Source of the DNA: an uncultured Candidatus Actinomarina sp.
GTDB lineage: Bacteria; Actinomycetota; Acidimicrobiia; Actinomarinales; Actinomarinaceae
Assembly: GCA_902555055.1 (NCBI GenBank)
Contig: CACDQN010000005.1
Location: forward strand, 1-62,226
Length of the DNA: 62,226 nucleotides
Reading direction: 5' to 3'
Below are positions 1 to 9,545 of the stretch, in pieces. The number at the start of each line of letters is the position of its first letter. The stretch's first letter is position 1. A program made the position numbers and the translations under genes. The notes beneath the pieces were generated by a model. The model did no database searches, was not told the origin of the DNA, and saw only the letters and a program-made list of their open reading frames with translations.

Positions 1-1719
1 AGATCTGAAATTATTCAATTAAGAATTTTCTTTTATTTATTTTCTTTTGGAATAAGAAAGTTCTTTATAAAAGACTCAAAAATTCCTGAGTTTATTAAAA
101 ATTTACAAAGCTCTAATTTATCTTTATTGAGAAAACTTGGTTCTGGAATTACTGCATTGTTTGGTTTAAGTACTGCACGATCACTTGATGGCGAGGGTTC
201 AGTATACAAATACCTTGACTACCCCGTACATAAAAATACAAAAATTGAAAAGAAAGCTGTCTCAATTCCAAAAAGTATAGAAGTTGCAGTAATTGGAAGT
301 GGATCTGGTGGAGGTGTTGCTGCAAATATACTTAATGAAAAATATGAAGTAGGAATATTTGAAAAAGGTAGTTATGGAAATGGAGAAATTAACAATGAAA
401 CATTTGGTTACCACAACTTTTATGACACTAATGGAATACAGCAAACCAGAGGATACAAAGTTCTACTTTTAGCTGGTAAAGGAATTGGCGGAGGTACAAG
501 TATTAACTGGACAACTTCTTTAAGAACCCCAGATAAGATATTGAGTGAATGGGATACGCTTACTGGTCAAGATAACTATTTCAATTCCAACGAATTCAAA
601 AGCAGCATGGATTATGTTTGTAGTGAATTAAATGTAGATATAGCAAATAATAAAATACCCCAAAAAGAAGTTAAATTAGCTGAAGGACTTGAACTTAATA
701 ATCTAAATTATAAAATCATTCCAAGAAATACGATTAATGATGAATGTACTGAATCTGGTTTTAGTACTTTTGGACGATACGATGAGAGCATTAACTCATC
801 AAATAAAGTTTGGTTCTCAGAGGATAAATTCAACCTAGAAAATATATTTAATGATACAAATATTAAAAGTTTGGTTATTTCAAACGGAAAAGCAACTCAC
901 ATAAACGTAGAAAATAGTGGTATATTGCATAAAGTCAAAGTAGATAAAGTAATACTCGCAGCTGGTGCTTTAAATACTCCTAAAATTTTGCTAGATAGTG
1001 GATATAAAAACAAACATCTTGGTCAAAATTTAAAACTTCATCCTGTGTCAGGTGTTGCTGGGAAATTCTCTGAGGAGCAAAAGCCCTGGGCAGGCTCAAT
1101 GCAAGGAATTTATTCTGATGATAATTTGTTTTTGAAAGATAATTATGGATACCTTTTAGAAGGATTACCAATGCATCCAAGTCTATTCTTTCCATTTTTC
1201 CCAAATAATCAAGATAAGTTTGATGATTTTATTGAAAGTTATAACTATTGGTCTGGTGGGATTGTTTTAACATCAGACACTAGCTCTGGTTCTATTATTA
1301 ATAAAAATCCTCAACACTTGTGGGACTACAATCTAAATGACACTGACCATAGCAATCTACTTCACGGTATAGAGAACCTTGTAAGAGCAAACTATCTAGC
1401 TGGAGCAGAAGAAATTATGGTCGCAGCTTCGCCAACTATGCATTGGAAAAAATCATCGACTGTAAATATTGAAGAATTCATAAATAATATAAAAGCAATA
1501 AAAAATGAGCCTTTTAGAATTCTTCTTGGTTCAGCACATCAAATGGGAACAGCAAGGATAAACCCAAACCCAGATCATGGAGTTGTTGATTTAGATGGGA
1601 AAGTGCATGGTTTAGAGAATGTATATATAGTTGATGCTTCTAACTTTCCAAGATGTTCAGGAGTCAACCCTATGATTAGTATTCAATCCATGAGCCACTT
1701 TTTGACTTCAAAAATTTAG
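1..1719 (+). CDS. GMC-family FAD oxidoreductase (long-chain alcohol oxidase-like), 5' truncated by the window edge
   Basis: Has the GxGxGG FAD motif (IGSGSGGG), GKGIGGGTSINW, C-terminal SAHQMGT and GVNP. The frame is open from base 1, so the true start lies upstream of the window. Confidence 0.85.
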   Translation, partial: RSEIIQLRIFFYLFSFGIRKFFIKDSKIPEFIKNLQSSNLSLLRKLGSGITALFGLSTARSLDGEGSVYKYLDYPVHKNTKIEKKAVSIPKSIEVAVIGSGSGGGVAANILNEKYEVGIFEKGSYGNGEINNETFGYHNFYDTNGIQQTRGYKVLLLAGKGIGGGTSINWTTSLRTPDKILSEWDTLTGQDNYFNSNEFKSSMDYVCSELNVDIANNKIPQKEVKLAEGLELNNLNYKIIPRNTINDECTESGFSTFGRYDESINSSNKVWFSEDKFNLENIFNDTNIKSLVISNGKATHINVENSGILHKVKVDKVILAAGALNTPKILLDSGYKNKHLGQNLKLHPVSGVAGKFSEEQKPWAGSMQGIYSDDNLFLKDNYGYLLEGLPMHPSLFFPFFPNNQDKFDDFIESYNYWSGGIVLTSDTSSGSIINKNPQHLWDYNLNDTDHSNLLHGIENLVRANYLAGAEEIMVAASPTMHWKKSSTVNIEEFINNIKAIKNEPFRILLGSAHQMGTARINPNPDHGVVDLDGKVHGLENVYIVDASNFPRCSGVNPMISIQSMSHFLTSKI

Positions 1720-1720
1720 C

Positions 1721-2221
1721 TTAAGGATAATTTTTATCTGGAGCAAAGAACTCTGCCGCATCTAATCCTAAATCAATGAACATGCCATGTGCCTCAACAT
1801 GAATTTCTTCACCTAGTTGAATTATCGCTTCGGTATAAACTTTTTTATTATTAACTTCCTTAACCCAGGCGAAAAGTTCAAATTCTTTTTCAACTGGAGT
1901 TGGTTTAAGAAAGTTAACAGATAAATTTGCAGTTACAGAAAATATATTGTGAATAACTGTTGAATAACCCATCATGTCATCCAAAGCAGCTGAGAGTATG
2001 CCGCCATGAACCAATCCTGGCCCTCCTTCAAATCGCTTGGCGAATGAGTATTTCGCATAAACTTTACGATCTTTAATTTCTGGTTTCATTTGCATGCTAT
2101 CTGTATTGTTACCACTTACAAAAGAAGAGTCCGGATAAATGTCATTTAACAACGTTCCATCAGTCCAGCCAGAAGAGGGATCCATAGCTAATACTTCTCC
2201 AGATATATATTTATAATTCAT
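1721..2221 (-). CDS. PaaI-family hotdog thioesterase
   Basis: EGGPGLVHGGILSAALDD motif; TANLSVNFLKPTP. Confidence 0.85.
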   Translation of the reverse strand: MNYKYISGEVLAMDPSSGWTDGTLLNDIYPDSSFVSGNNTDSMQMKPEIKDRKVYAKYSFAKRFEGGPGLVHGGILSAALDDMMGYSTVIHNIFSVTANLSVNFLKPTPVEKEFELFAWVKEVNNKKVYTEAIIQLGEEIHVEAHGMFIDLGLDAAEFFAPDKNYP

Positions 2222-2840
2222 CTTTATTTATATTAGATATATCTTTTCTTAATGATTCATTAATAAAAGCATTTGTTATATCAGATCTTGTTCTTTCTAT
2301 AATTGATCTTGCATTGTCCGCATATCTTCTTAATCCACCCGTTAATGCATCTGGGTAATCTAGTTCATTTAGAATTCCTATGGATTCTTCCATTATATTT
2401 AAGTATTTCTCAGCCTCTGCTATTTCTAAGTTTCTAAGATGTTCTAAAGCTTTCCTTCTCCACTCCCCTATAGTGTCTCCAATACCTTGGATATAACTAG
2501 AAGGATGGACATTAAAATTTGCAAATGGTTCGATAATTCCATTTACTTCAAATGAATAAAACATTACCGCTTCAACAAATTCTCTTTCAGCATCCAAAAC
2601 ATAGCCTGCATAGCTTATTTCTGATACTTCACTACACAATCTATTCAATTTATCAATTTTCTCTTTAGCACTATTTATATAGTCTTCAGAACCTTTTGCA
2701 TCGTTTCTGTGCATGAATCTGATGCTTTTTGAACAATCTCGAACAACTTCACGAGAAATAGATAAAGATTGTTCGCGGATTTCATTCAGAGTATTAAATG
2801 TATCTACTAAATGGTTTAGATTAGATTCTGAATTAGACAA
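2211..2840 (-). CDS. Translin/Trax (C3PO) family protein
   Basis: Motifs REQSLSISREVVRDCSKSI, EREFVEA, YIQGIGDTIGEWRR and LRRYADNARSIIER. The start is probably TTG at 2840, just after the upstream stop; the ORF track extends it to 2882. Confidence 0.8.
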   Translation of the reverse strand: MSNSESNLNHLVDTFNTLNEIREQSLSISREVVRDCSKSIRFMHRNDAKGSEDYINSAKEKIDKLNRLCSEVSEISYAGYVLDAEREFVEAVMFYSFEVNGIIEPFANFNVHPSSYIQGIGDTIGEWRRKALEHLRNLEIAEAEKYLNIMEESIGILNELDYPDALTGGLRRYADNARSIIERTRSDITNAFINESLRKDISNINKDEL

Positions 2841-2841
2841 A

Positions 2842-3219
2842 TTAAACAGCTTGCTTGAGGTACTCGATACTTTCATCTTCAAAAGTTAGATCATTCATAA
2901 AGGCTATATTTCGCTGTTGAATGCTAGCAGCTCTAACTTGAAATGAAGCATAAGCATAAATACCAAACAGGGTATCAATAATTAGATGTAGCAAAAATAA
3001 GCCTACAGAAAGGGTTTGGAGGGAAACAAAAAATGTACCAACAGCTAATACACCCAAGATTAAAAATCCTCTTCTTTGTTTATCAACCATAAAATCATAT
3101 TCATCTGTGTGAACGTTGATACTAGATTTTGAATACTTAAGCTCAGGAAAAATTACAGCTATCGAAAGTGATACCATAAGTGATATTAATACAAGTGTTG
3201 ATCCCATGCCCTGTCCCAA
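2842..3219 (-). CDS. hypothetical membrane protein (about 3 TM segments)
   Basis: 125-aa ORF with hydrophobic segments, filling the gap between plsY and the Translin gene. Confidence 0.65.
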   Translation of the reverse strand: MGQGMGSTLVLISLMVSLSIAVIFPELKYSKSSINVHTDEYDFMVDKQRRGFLILGVLAVGTFFVSLQTLSVGLFLLHLIIDTLFGIYAYASFQVRAASIQQRNIAFMNDLTFEDESIEYLKQAV

Positions 3220-3265
3220 CTTTTACTAATTTAATATTAACCAAAAAAGAAAATTTTTTCAGTTT

Positions 3266-3868
3266 TTAGAACTTATTTTCATTCCCTTGAATTAACCTTT
3301 TTATATTTTCAGAATGTTTAAACACTATAAGAACAAAAATAATAGTTATCAATAATTTATCTGTAGTCTCATTTACTTCGTAAATAAGCAAAGCATTTGA
3401 AATAAGTACGGTACTTAAACTAGCAATAGCTGAAACTCTAGAAATTTTAAAAATTACAAAATAAAAAAGAGCAAGTGTAGGTATGTTTAAATACAAGAAA
3501 TATAGATTTTCAAACAACATGCTTCCAATTGGATTAACTATTGTAAATGCGATATATACCCCTAGATATGTTGCAACGCCCTTACCTCCCTTAAATTTAT
3601 AAAAAATTGGGTATATATGACCTACAACTGCTGCAACTCCATAAATAATTAAATTTTGGTCAAATAATAAAATTGGTATTATTCCTTTTAATACATCACC
3701 GAGCAATACAAAAGCAGCATATTTTTTACCTAATATTCTCATAACATTGGATGTTCCGGGATTTCCACTACCTGATGATGAAATATCAAGATTTTTCAAA
3801 CTTGCAACTATATACGCAAAATTGATTGAACCAATTAGGTAACTCAAAAATATGAACAAAAAACTCAC
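3266..3868 (-). CDS. plsY: glycerol-3-phosphate acyltransferase PlsY
   Basis: YLIGSI, GSGNPGTSNV, GHIYPIF, FKGGKGVAT and HSENIKRL motifs. Confidence 0.95.
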   Translation of the reverse strand: MSFLFIFLSYLIGSINFAYIVASLKNLDISSSGSGNPGTSNVMRILGKKYAAFVLLGDVLKGIIPILLFDQNLIIYGVAAVVGHIYPIFYKFKGGKGVATYLGVYIAFTIVNPIGSMLFENLYFLYLNIPTLALFYFVIFKISRVSAIASLSTVLISNALLIYEVNETTDKLLITIIFVLIVFKHSENIKRLIQGNENKF

Positions 3869-3946
3869 TACTTTGATTGTAATTCATTAAAAATTAATAA
3901 GTTATAACCCATTTATACATTTTTTAAATTTATTGTTAATTAAGTA

Positions 3947-4102
3947 ATGGATAATGAAAAAAGATGCGAAAATAAAAGATTATTTTCAACTGAAATAGAA
4001 GCAAGAAAAGAAAGGCTGTATGTTGAAAAAGAATACAATAAGAAATTTCGTATATATAATTGCAATGATTGCAATGGTTGGCATTTTTCAACAATAAATT
4101 AA
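3947..4102 (+). CDS. small Cys/His zinc-finger-like protein, 51 aa (not in ORF track)
   Basis: Translates as MDNEKRCENKRLFSTEIEARKERLYVEKEYNKKFRIYNCNDCNGWHFSTIN. Its stop is 1 nt before the uppP ATG. Confidence 0.7.
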   Translation: MDNEKRCENKRLFSTEIEARKERLYVEKEYNKKFRIYNCNDCNGWHFSTIN

Positions 4103-4103
4103 T

Positions 4104-4868
4104 ATGATTGACATTTTTTTAGGAATTTTACAAGGTATAACAGAATTTTTACCGATTTCTTCAAGTGGACACCTTGTTGTTTTTTCATCATTATTTAAAG
4201 AAAATAATTTTAGTACTAATGAAATTGCTTTTTTACACTTGGGAACAGTTTTATCTATTTTATTCTTTTATTACAAAGATTTAATTAAATTAATAAAAAA
4301 TAAGTCTTCGCTTTTAAAAATTATTAAGTTACTAATAGTTGGGATGATACCTGCAGCATTTGTTGGACTAGTGCTTCCGATTAGTCAACTTATTGATGAA
4401 AGTAAATATATATTACTTATTACCGGATTTGCATACATTTCATTTGCAGTAATTATGTATTACTCAGAAAAAAGTGGTGACGGTGAAACGATTATTGAAA
4501 ATATATCAATTAAGGAAGCTTTCACTATTGGAGTAGCTCAAGGTTTTGCTTTGTTACCTGGTGTTTCTAGGTCTGGAATAACATTAATAACTGCAATGTT
4601 CTTAAAAATTAAAAAGACTGACGCAATTTTCTTCTCACTACTTTTGGGGATTCCAACAATTTTTGGCGCCTGGCTAATAACTCTATTACAAAGTTCTGAA
4701 GGCATAAATAGCAACTTAGTTATTCCAACACTATTTGCATTTGTAGCTGGAACGATTGCCATAAAAATACTTATTAACTTTACAGTAAATTCAAAACTTA
4801 AAATATTTTCTTATTATTGTTTTGCAATGGGAATTATAAGCTGTGGCGCCTTCTTAATTAATCTTTAA
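4104..4868 (+). CDS. uppP: undecaprenyl-diphosphate phosphatase
   Basis: GILQGITEFLPISSSGHL and PGVSRSG motifs. Confidence 0.95.
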   Translation: MIDIFLGILQGITEFLPISSSGHLVVFSSLFKENNFSTNEIAFLHLGTVLSILFFYYKDLIKLIKNKSSLLKIIKLLIVGMIPAAFVGLVLPISQLIDESKYILLITGFAYISFAVIMYYSEKSGDGETIIENISIKEAFTIGVAQGFALLPGVSRSGITLITAMFLKIKKTDAIFFSLLLGIPTIFGAWLITLLQSSEGINSNLVIPTLFAFVAGTIAIKILINFTVNSKLKIFSYYCFAMGIISCGAFLINL

Positions 4869-5879
4869 GTCAATAGGCTTTTTCTTTGGCTGAAATTTTA
4901 ATATCTCATTAGCTATATTTAAAATTTTCTCAAATTCAGGCTTTTCTTTAAATGCAAATAAATTACTTCCCTCTGATGAAACCGTAATATCTTCAAGAAG
5001 AGGAAGTTCCCCTAAAAATGGTACATCTAGTTTCTTTGATAAGTCTTTTCCACCATCTTTTCCAAATGGATATATTTTATTGCCATCCACTTCCATATAA
5101 GACATATTTTCAATCACTCCTATAATGCTTGCATTTACTTTCTTAGACATAATTCCAGACCTCTCAGCAACTATAGTTGCATTTGTTTGAGGAGTTGTAA
5201 TTACTATATTTTCGAAATATTTCAAGAATTGAGATAGAGAAATAGACACATCACCTGTTCCAGGCGGCATGTCTATAAGTAAAACGTCAACATCATTCCA
5301 AAGGACCTCAAATAAGAATTGTTCAATTGCTTTATGAAGCATTGGACCTCTCCAAATAACTGCTTCATCTTGTTTGACAAAGTACTCCATAGAGATAACA
5401 TTTAAATTATTTATTCTTGATGGAAAAATTCTTTCATTAAAAGGGATCGGAGGAAACTTAGCACCAAGAATCTTAGGAACAGAGTAACCCCAAATATCAG
5501 AATCTAATATTCCAACTTTTTTTCCTAATGTATCAAAAGCTATTCCAAGCAAAGATGTTATTGTTGACTTACCTACTCCACCTTTACCTGAAGTTATACC
5601 AATAATTCTTTTATTTTTATGGAAGTTATTTTTTAGTTCTTCTAAATCAATATCGGCTCCAACTAAATTGGATACATGTTGTATTTCTTCATCTGTAGCT
5701 TTAGTAAATTTTATTTTAAAATCGCCTATTTCATCAATTCTGTGCTTAAGAACATCTCTAACCCATTCAATTTCAGTTAAATCGACTATCTCACAAGATT
5801 TCTTTTTAATTTTTGATATAGCTTTAAGTTCAGAAAGACTTTTATTAAAACCGGGGTATATAATATTTTCTAGTTCCAT
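4854..5879 (-). CDS. mrp: Mrp/NBP35 (ApbC) family P-loop ATPase
   Basis: SGKGGVGKST, WRGPML, IDMPPGTGD and GVIENMS motifs. Confidence 0.92.
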   Translation of the reverse strand: MELENIIYPGFNKSLSELKAISKIKKKSCEIVDLTEIEWVRDVLKHRIDEIGDFKIKFTKATDEEIQHVSNLVGADIDLEELKNNFHKNKRIIGITSGKGGVGKSTITSLLGIAFDTLGKKVGILDSDIWGYSVPKILGAKFPPIPFNERIFPSRINNLNVISMEYFVKQDEAVIWRGPMLHKAIEQFLFEVLWNDVDVLLIDMPPGTGDVSISLSQFLKYFENIVITTPQTNATIVAERSGIMSKKVNASIIGVIENMSYMEVDGNKIYPFGKDGGKDLSKKLDVPFLGELPLLEDITVSSEGSNLFAFKEKPEFEKILNIANEILKFQPKKKPIDLKIN

Positions 5880-5918
5880 GTTTAGTATTGTATGTGTATT
5901 AGGTTATTAAATTAAATT

Positions 5919-6407
5919 ATGTTAAAAAGAAATCTTATTCTTCTACTGTTGGCTTTAACCCTCGGTGTAGTCATTGTTAACTCACCTCTGAAAAGTAATT
6001 CAGAAAGTAGTATGTATTCGACAGTTAACGATGGTATTGTTTTAAATGAACTTCTAGAGATTGATAATTTCACTAAATCTAACAATATTACAATATTGAA
6101 TCTTTGGGCAAGTTGGTGCATTCCATGTCAAAATGAGGTAGAAGAATTAAAGAAAATAAGCCAAAATGAAAATTATCAAGTAATAGGAATATTAGTTGAT
6201 GACTCTGTTGAAAATGGTAAAGAGTTTATTCTAAAAAATAATATCAACTACATCAATGTACTGGATGAATTCAGTGCAGACCAATTATTAATTAAATTTA
6301 TGTGGAGTGGTATCCCAACAACTATAATACTTAATCAAAATCTTGAGATTCTTTACACAATTAATGGAGAAATAACTGCAAAAGAAATATTTAATCTTTC
6401 AGATTAA
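5919..6407 (+). CDS. TlpA/ResA-like thiol-disulfide oxidoreductase
   Basis: N-terminal signal or TM segment, NLWASWCIPC, GIPTT cis-Pro motif. Confidence 0.88.
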   Translation: MLKRNLILLLLALTLGVVIVNSPLKSNSESSMYSTVNDGIVLNELLEIDNFTKSNNITILNLWASWCIPCQNEVEELKKISQNENYQVIGILVDDSVENGKEFILKNNINYINVLDEFSADQLLIKFMWSGIPTTIILNQNLEILYTINGEITAKEIFNLSD

Positions 6408-6438
6408 TTATTAATTAAGAAAAGTTTATAATTTAAGT

Positions 6439-6577
6439 ATGGATGCAATACTTTTCTGGAGAATTTTTTTTAGTACTAGGTAGTCTTTTATACCTTGGTG
6501 CATCTGGTTTATTTACACTTAAATTGCTGGCAGCTGCAACAGGCAGAAAAAGAATAATAGATTTATTTATTAGGTAG
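6439..6577 (+). pseudogene. small membrane protein (about 45 aa) interrupted by a +1 frameshift in a T8 tract
   Basis: TATAAT lies 6 nt before the ATG. Removing one T from 6464-6471 gives MDAILFWRIFLVLGSLLYLGASGLFTLKLLAAATGRKRIIDLFIR. Confidence 0.5.
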
Positions 6578-6581
6578 TTAG

Positions 6582-6655
6582 TAGCGGGGGTAGGATTTGA
6601 ACCTACGACCTCTGGGTTATGAGCCCAGCGAGCTACCAGACTGCTCCACCCCGCG
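6582..6655 (-). tRNA. tRNA-fMet (initiator, CAT)
   Basis: CGCGGGGTGGAGCAGTCTGGTAGCTCGCTGGGCTCATAACCCAGAGGTCGTAGGTTCAAATCCTACCCCCGCTA. C1 mismatch and GGG/CCC anticodon stem; CCA is not encoded. Confidence 0.97.
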
Positions 6656-6708
6656 CTGATTTATTAATAGTAACTAGATTTAAATTAAACTCAAGAAAAT
6701 TCTAATTG

Positions 6709-9519
6709 TTATTTGTTTAGCAATTCAATAGCAAGGTCAACATACTGTTGAGCTTGGTCAATTAAAGTTTGGTACCTACCTAGATTTCCATTCTGTAACT
6801 CTTTTTGAGCACTCTCAAAAGCTTCTGTTGCTTTTGCCAGTATATCAAGTGGACTTTCACCTTGTGATTCCTCTATAGATTCACTTATAGCACCCTCTCC
6901 AAAAATACTGGCTATTGCATCTGAAAGAGTTTCTTCCATAATTATTTTGTCTTGGAAGACAACAACTACAAATTTAAATTCAGGTAATGGATTCTGTTCA
7001 CCTTGCAAGTAAATCGGCTGATAATATAAGACAGATTGATCAATCGGGACAACAAACAAATTACCTTTGATAACACTGGAGCCTTGTTGGTCAAGTAATG
7101 TAAATATCTGAGATATATCAGGATCTTGATTAATTCTTGTAGCAACCTGACTTGGTCCGTCAACAAATTCTCCTTTAGGGAGTCTAAAGTCAATCAATTG
7201 GCCGTAGTTTTCAGGATCTGCATCTGCTACTAGAAAAGACTGCATATTTGGTCTATTTTCGGGATTGAATGGTTGGAAAATCAAATAGCTGAGGTCTGTT
7301 TCACCAGGCAAGCTCATAAGCAAGTAATATGGCAACATTGGCTTAAATCCAATCTCTGTAAATTCTCCTCTTAAGGTAGCAACTCTTGGTGTTGTGGACG
7401 AGTCAGAAGGAATAACCCAAGGATCTTCATCTGCATAAAAAACTTTTGGATCGGTCATGTGATAATCACGATACATATCTGATTGAATAGTGAAAAGATC
7501 TTCAGGGTAACGGATATGGTCTAATAAGTCATCACTCATATCTGCTCCTAGTGAAAAAAGGTCAGGAAATATATCTTGATAGGATTGAATTATTGGGTCT
7601 TTATCATCTACAACATAAAAATTCATTGTTCCATCGTACGCATTAACAACAGCTTTGACAGAGTTTCTTAAGTAATTAAAATTCATCGGAAGTCCAGAGT
7701 TTTCATTTATTCTTCTTGTATCAGCAGGTTGAGCATATGGATATTTATCTGATACGGTATACAAATCGATAATCCAAAATAAATCACCATCAATTAAAGC
7801 AAGGTAGGGATCATTATCAGTGTAAAGAAAAGGAGCTGCTTTTTTAACACGACTTACAATATTTCTTTCCATAATTAATTTTGAATCATCAGAAAGTTGA
7901 TTTGAAATCATCAAGTTAAGCTCACTATATCTAAGAGCAAAACCTAGTCTCTTAAAAAATGAACCAATACTTACACCACCTTCTCCTGAGTAATTTGTAT
8001 ATGCAACAGATTGCCCTTCAGTTGATAGAGGGTAATCAACTTCTTCTTGCAATGAGTTAACAACAACATACTCAATTGAGTCAGCTGACTCTCCAAAATA
8101 AATTCTTGGTTGTTCTATTTCTAATTCTGAAACGGTAGTTGTAGCTGGTACTCCTTTAACATAAAAATCTGGTTGGCCTTGGCTTGCTACGTTATTAGCA
8201 GGACTAAAAACTACACCAAACCCATGAGTGTATTGCAATCTTTCATTAACCCAACCTACAGCAGGAAGGTTAGTTTGATCTAGCTCTCTAGCTGCGACCA
8301 TTACCTGTGTGAGCTCTCCATTTATTTCATACCTGTCTACATCTACTTCATCAAGGGCATAATAAGCTCTAATTTCTTGAAGCTGGCTGTATGTTTCAGC
8401 AAGAACTGTTGGATCCCAAAGCCTAATATTGTCCACTGTTTGTTGATTGTTGGCTATATTTTCTTGTGTGAGATTTGGTGATGCTTCAAAAGATTTTTCT
8501 TCAATTGCATCTAAGCCGTAAGCAAGTCTTGTGTAATCAATATGATTTTCAACATAAGTTAACTCTTTGTTTAGTTCATCAGGAATAACTCTAAATCTTT
8601 GAATGGCTGCAGGAACCAAACCACCTACTATTATTGAAACAGCTAGCCATAAACTAATTGCCGTTACAGGTAATAGCCATCCTCTTCTTTTTATATTTAC
8701 TAATAAAAGAACTGCACCAAATAGTGAAATTAAAATCAATAAATTTAGTGCAGGTAAATGAGCAACAACATCTGTGTAACTTGCACCAAATACTTTACCC
8801 CTTGGAGAGTAGAGAAGTTCCAGTGAATCTAGTCTGTAAGCAAAAGCTTTTAAAACAGCAATAAAAGCTAATAAAACAGATAGATGCGCTTTTGCACCGC
8901 TACTTACTTCGGGCAACTGGCCTTGTCTAAGTTGAAGTGCGCCTGTTGCAATAAAAAATAGAACAATAATCAAAGATGTAAAGACTACAAGTTGGAAACC
9001 CCATGAAACAAAAAGGCGGTATAAAGGCAGTCCAAAAACAAAGCTTGATACATCTGCATTAAAAATAGGATCTGTAATGCCGAATGATTTTTGATTTAAA
9101 AATAATAGAACCTGTTCCCATAATTGAGATGCTCCAGCACCTAAAAAGAGTGATAAACCAATTGAGCCCCATAATCTATATCTTAAGAATCTTTCATTTG
9201 TCCATGCTCTAAACCTTGAAAGTGGATCTTGAGATTCAAATGATTCAAAAATATCCATAACAGGAGTTGCTCTTACTGCTAATCGTAAATTTGTAAATAT
9301 GAATATAAAAGCTAGCAATGAAGTAGCACCAACTAAGGAGGCTTTGGTAAGTAGTATCTTTAGCCATACAGAGTTTAATTGAACAGAATCAAACCATAAG
9401 TAATTTGTGAAGAAGGTTGCAATTGCTCTAGCTATTGAAAATCCAATTATTACAATAAAAACAACAAAAGAAAATCCTCTTCTGTCGTTTCCTGTATTAG
9501 CTCCACCTATATTTACCAT
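6709..9519 (-). CDS. UPF0182 family membrane protein
   Basis: NYLWF, NIRLWDP, YTHGFG, QPRIYFGE and NYLRNSVK motifs. Sits in the typical actinobacterial position between tRNA-Met and the PDZ protease. Confidence 0.93.
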   Translation of the reverse strand: MVNIGGANTGNDRRGFSFVVFIVIIGFSIARAIATFFTNYLWFDSVQLNSVWLKILLTKASLVGATSLLAFIFIFTNLRLAVRATPVMDIFESFESQDPLSRFRAWTNERFLRYRLWGSIGLSLFLGAGASQLWEQVLLFLNQKSFGITDPIFNADVSSFVFGLPLYRLFVSWGFQLVVFTSLIIVLFFIATGALQLRQGQLPEVSSGAKAHLSVLLAFIAVLKAFAYRLDSLELLYSPRGKVFGASYTDVVAHLPALNLLILISLFGAVLLLVNIKRRGWLLPVTAISLWLAVSIIVGGLVPAAIQRFRVIPDELNKELTYVENHIDYTRLAYGLDAIEEKSFEASPNLTQENIANNQQTVDNIRLWDPTVLAETYSQLQEIRAYYALDEVDVDRYEINGELTQVMVAARELDQTNLPAVGWVNERLQYTHGFGVVFSPANNVASQGQPDFYVKGVPATTTVSELEIEQPRIYFGESADSIEYVVVNSLQEEVDYPLSTEGQSVAYTNYSGEGGVSIGSFFKRLGFALRYSELNLMISNQLSDDSKLIMERNIVSRVKKAAPFLYTDNDPYLALIDGDLFWIIDLYTVSDKYPYAQPADTRRINENSGLPMNFNYLRNSVKAVVNAYDGTMNFYVVDDKDPIIQSYQDIFPDLFSLGADMSDDLLDHIRYPEDLFTIQSDMYRDYHMTDPKVFYADEDPWVIPSDSSTTPRVATLRGEFTEIGFKPMLPYYLLMSLPGETDLSYLIFQPFNPENRPNMQSFLVADADPENYGQLIDFRLPKGEFVDGPSQVATRINQDPDISQIFTLLDQQGSSVIKGNLFVVPIDQSVLYYQPIYLQGEQNPLPEFKFVVVVFQDKIIMEETLSDAIASIFGEGAISESIEESQGESPLDILAKATEAFESAQKELQNGNLGRYQTLIDQAQQYVDLAIELLNK

Positions 9520-9545
9520 ATTATTATTGTATTTACGTCCCGTCT

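Noticed and set aside
6560-6710. Integrative element at tRNA-fMet
   Set aside because: I saw no integrase and no duplicated tRNA 3' end in the window.
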